DNA from: a virus | Length of the DNA stretch: 64,000 bases | IMG/VR virus record: IMGVR_UViG_3300035670_000108 | Span: 1-64,000 of that record | Reading direction: 5' to 3' (one strand) | Shown: piece after piece, positions 63,030 to 64,000 of the stretch | Layout: every line of letters starts with the position of its first letter | Numbering within the stretch: the stretch's first letter is position 1 | Translations under genes and position numbers: made by a program | The notes under the pieces: model-generated | Databases searched by the model: none | Seen by the model: only the letters and a program-made list of their open reading frames with translations | Told to the model about the DNA's origin: nothing

Positions 63030-63845
63030 ATGTCTCTTGGCCAAGCAAAAACCAAGGCGTTCAACCTGGGCACTGCGGAACTCCGCATCATGCCGCTGTC
63101 CGCCTCTGGCAAAGCGATGCCCGCTCACTCGGTAGGTCTCGTCGATACCGTCACTGTCGAGGTAGCCCAGGAAGCCGTCCGTTTGGAAGGTGGTTTCCCG
63201 CGCAAACTCATTGACACTGCAATCGCCAGCCAGACCTCCTCGGTGACCGGCGTACTGCGCGAAGTCAGCCGCCGCAACATGCAGGTGCTGCTGGGTCAGG
63301 GCGTCGCCGCCTCCAACCCGGCGGATGTCGCAACTACCCTGAGCACCGCTGCCCTGGTAGGCGCTACCAGCCTGGTAGTGGATTCTGCTGCCGGCATCGT
63401 GGCTGGCGACACCCTCGTTGTCTACCCGAAAGGCAAGCCGGAAGAGCTGTCGGTGGTGATCGTGGATAGCGTCGCTACCAACACCCTCACCCTGAACGCC
63501 CAGACCCCGACCCTGCACGCCTACGACCCCGCAGTCAACGTGGTCGAGGTGTTCAACGCTCAGCCTATCCCGCTCGGCGCTGTGGACTCGGTGAAATACT
63601 TCGGTGTGCAGGTGCTGCAGCGCAACTACGCCAACGGTCGCCCGCGCGTGTTCGACCTGTGGAAGGCTGCCATCTCCTCGGGTATGTCCTACGAGACCAA
63701 CAACCAGGACTACGGCTCCCAGAACCTCACCATCGAGATCCTGGAACCGACTGCCGACGACTACGCCGTTGGCGGCCCCCTGGCACACCTCGCGGGCATC
63801 ATCCCGAACCACCCGGCTGGCCGGATCTCGTTCGGCGCTCCGTAA
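63030..63845 (+). CDS. major tail tube protein with inserted domain
   Basis: Strong codon bias, beta-rich, followed by a terminator. Confidence 0.7.
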   Translation: MSLGQAKTKAFNLGTAELRIMPLSASGKAMPAHSVGLVDTVTVEVAQEAVRLEGGFPRKLIDTAIASQTSSVTGVLREVSRRNMQVLLGQGVAASNPADVATTLSTAALVGATSLVVDSAAGIVAGDTLVVYPKGKPEELSVVIVDSVATNTLTLNAQTPTLHAYDPAVNVVEVFNAQPIPLGAVDSVKYFGVQVLQRNYANGRPRVFDLWKAAISSGMSYETNNQDYGSQNLTIEILEPTADDYAVGGPLAHLAGIIPNHPAGRISFGAP

Positions 63846-63860
63846 GGGCGGTAGCAACAC

Positions 63861-63890
63861 AGAAGGCCCGATTCGTCGGGCCTTCTTTTT
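63861..63890 (+). terminator. intrinsic terminator
   Basis: AGAAGGCCCGA-TTCG-TCGGGCCTTCTTTTT. Confidence 0.85.
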
Positions 63891-63899
63891 GGAGGCGGC

Positions 63900-64000
63900 A
63901 TGAGCAGTCTGTTCTTCCAGCTCCACCAGATCGACGCAGAGGGGTCGCGGTTCACCGCCATGGAGCGGGAGATGCTGCGCCTGACCCTGGAAGCCAACCC
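63900..64000 (+). CDS. 3'-truncated gene, possibly tail assembly chaperone
   Basis: GGAGG SD and ATG 63900; open to the window edge. Confidence 0.5.
   Translation, partial: MSSLFFQLHQIDAEGSRFTAMEREMLRLTLEAN

Overview
A 64-kb slice of a GC-rich, probably lytic, tailed dsDNA phage. The host is probably Pseudomonas-like (inferred from GC content, RdgC, and the EF-Tu and Rsm signals). No integrase is visible. Layout: (i) end of the lysis cassette (spanins, + strand, 1-0.8 kb). (ii) A leftward replication, recombination and nucleotide block (1-25 kb): SbcC/SbcD-like nuclease, resolvase-like nuclease, Dda/RecD helicase, ATP-dependent ligase, PolA, SNF2 helicase, primase-helicase, ThyA, MazG-like protein, dNMP kinase, GroES and two HU paralogues. 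(iii) A long leftward array of small early/accessory genes (25-48.7 kb), headed by a sigma-54 promoter with an IHF site. (iv) A rightward arm with RdgC, terminase, portal, S49 protease, capsid, connector and tail tube genes (49-64 kb). Most striking features: about 19 copies of a 17-bp palindrome (CTGCAAAG-N-CTTTGCAG) punctuate the early genes like cassette boundaries, and one duplicated copy brackets a foreign SGNH-esterase cassette. An unannotated ~100-nt RNA with its own promoter and terminator has RsmY/CsrB-type GGA hairpins. A small protein carries a near-exact copy of the EF-Tu P-loop peptide. There is also a second family of TTGCC-N9/10-GGCA inverted repeats and a GP88/cytosine-methylase deletion chimera. 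All homology calls are from motif recognition by eye, not database searches.
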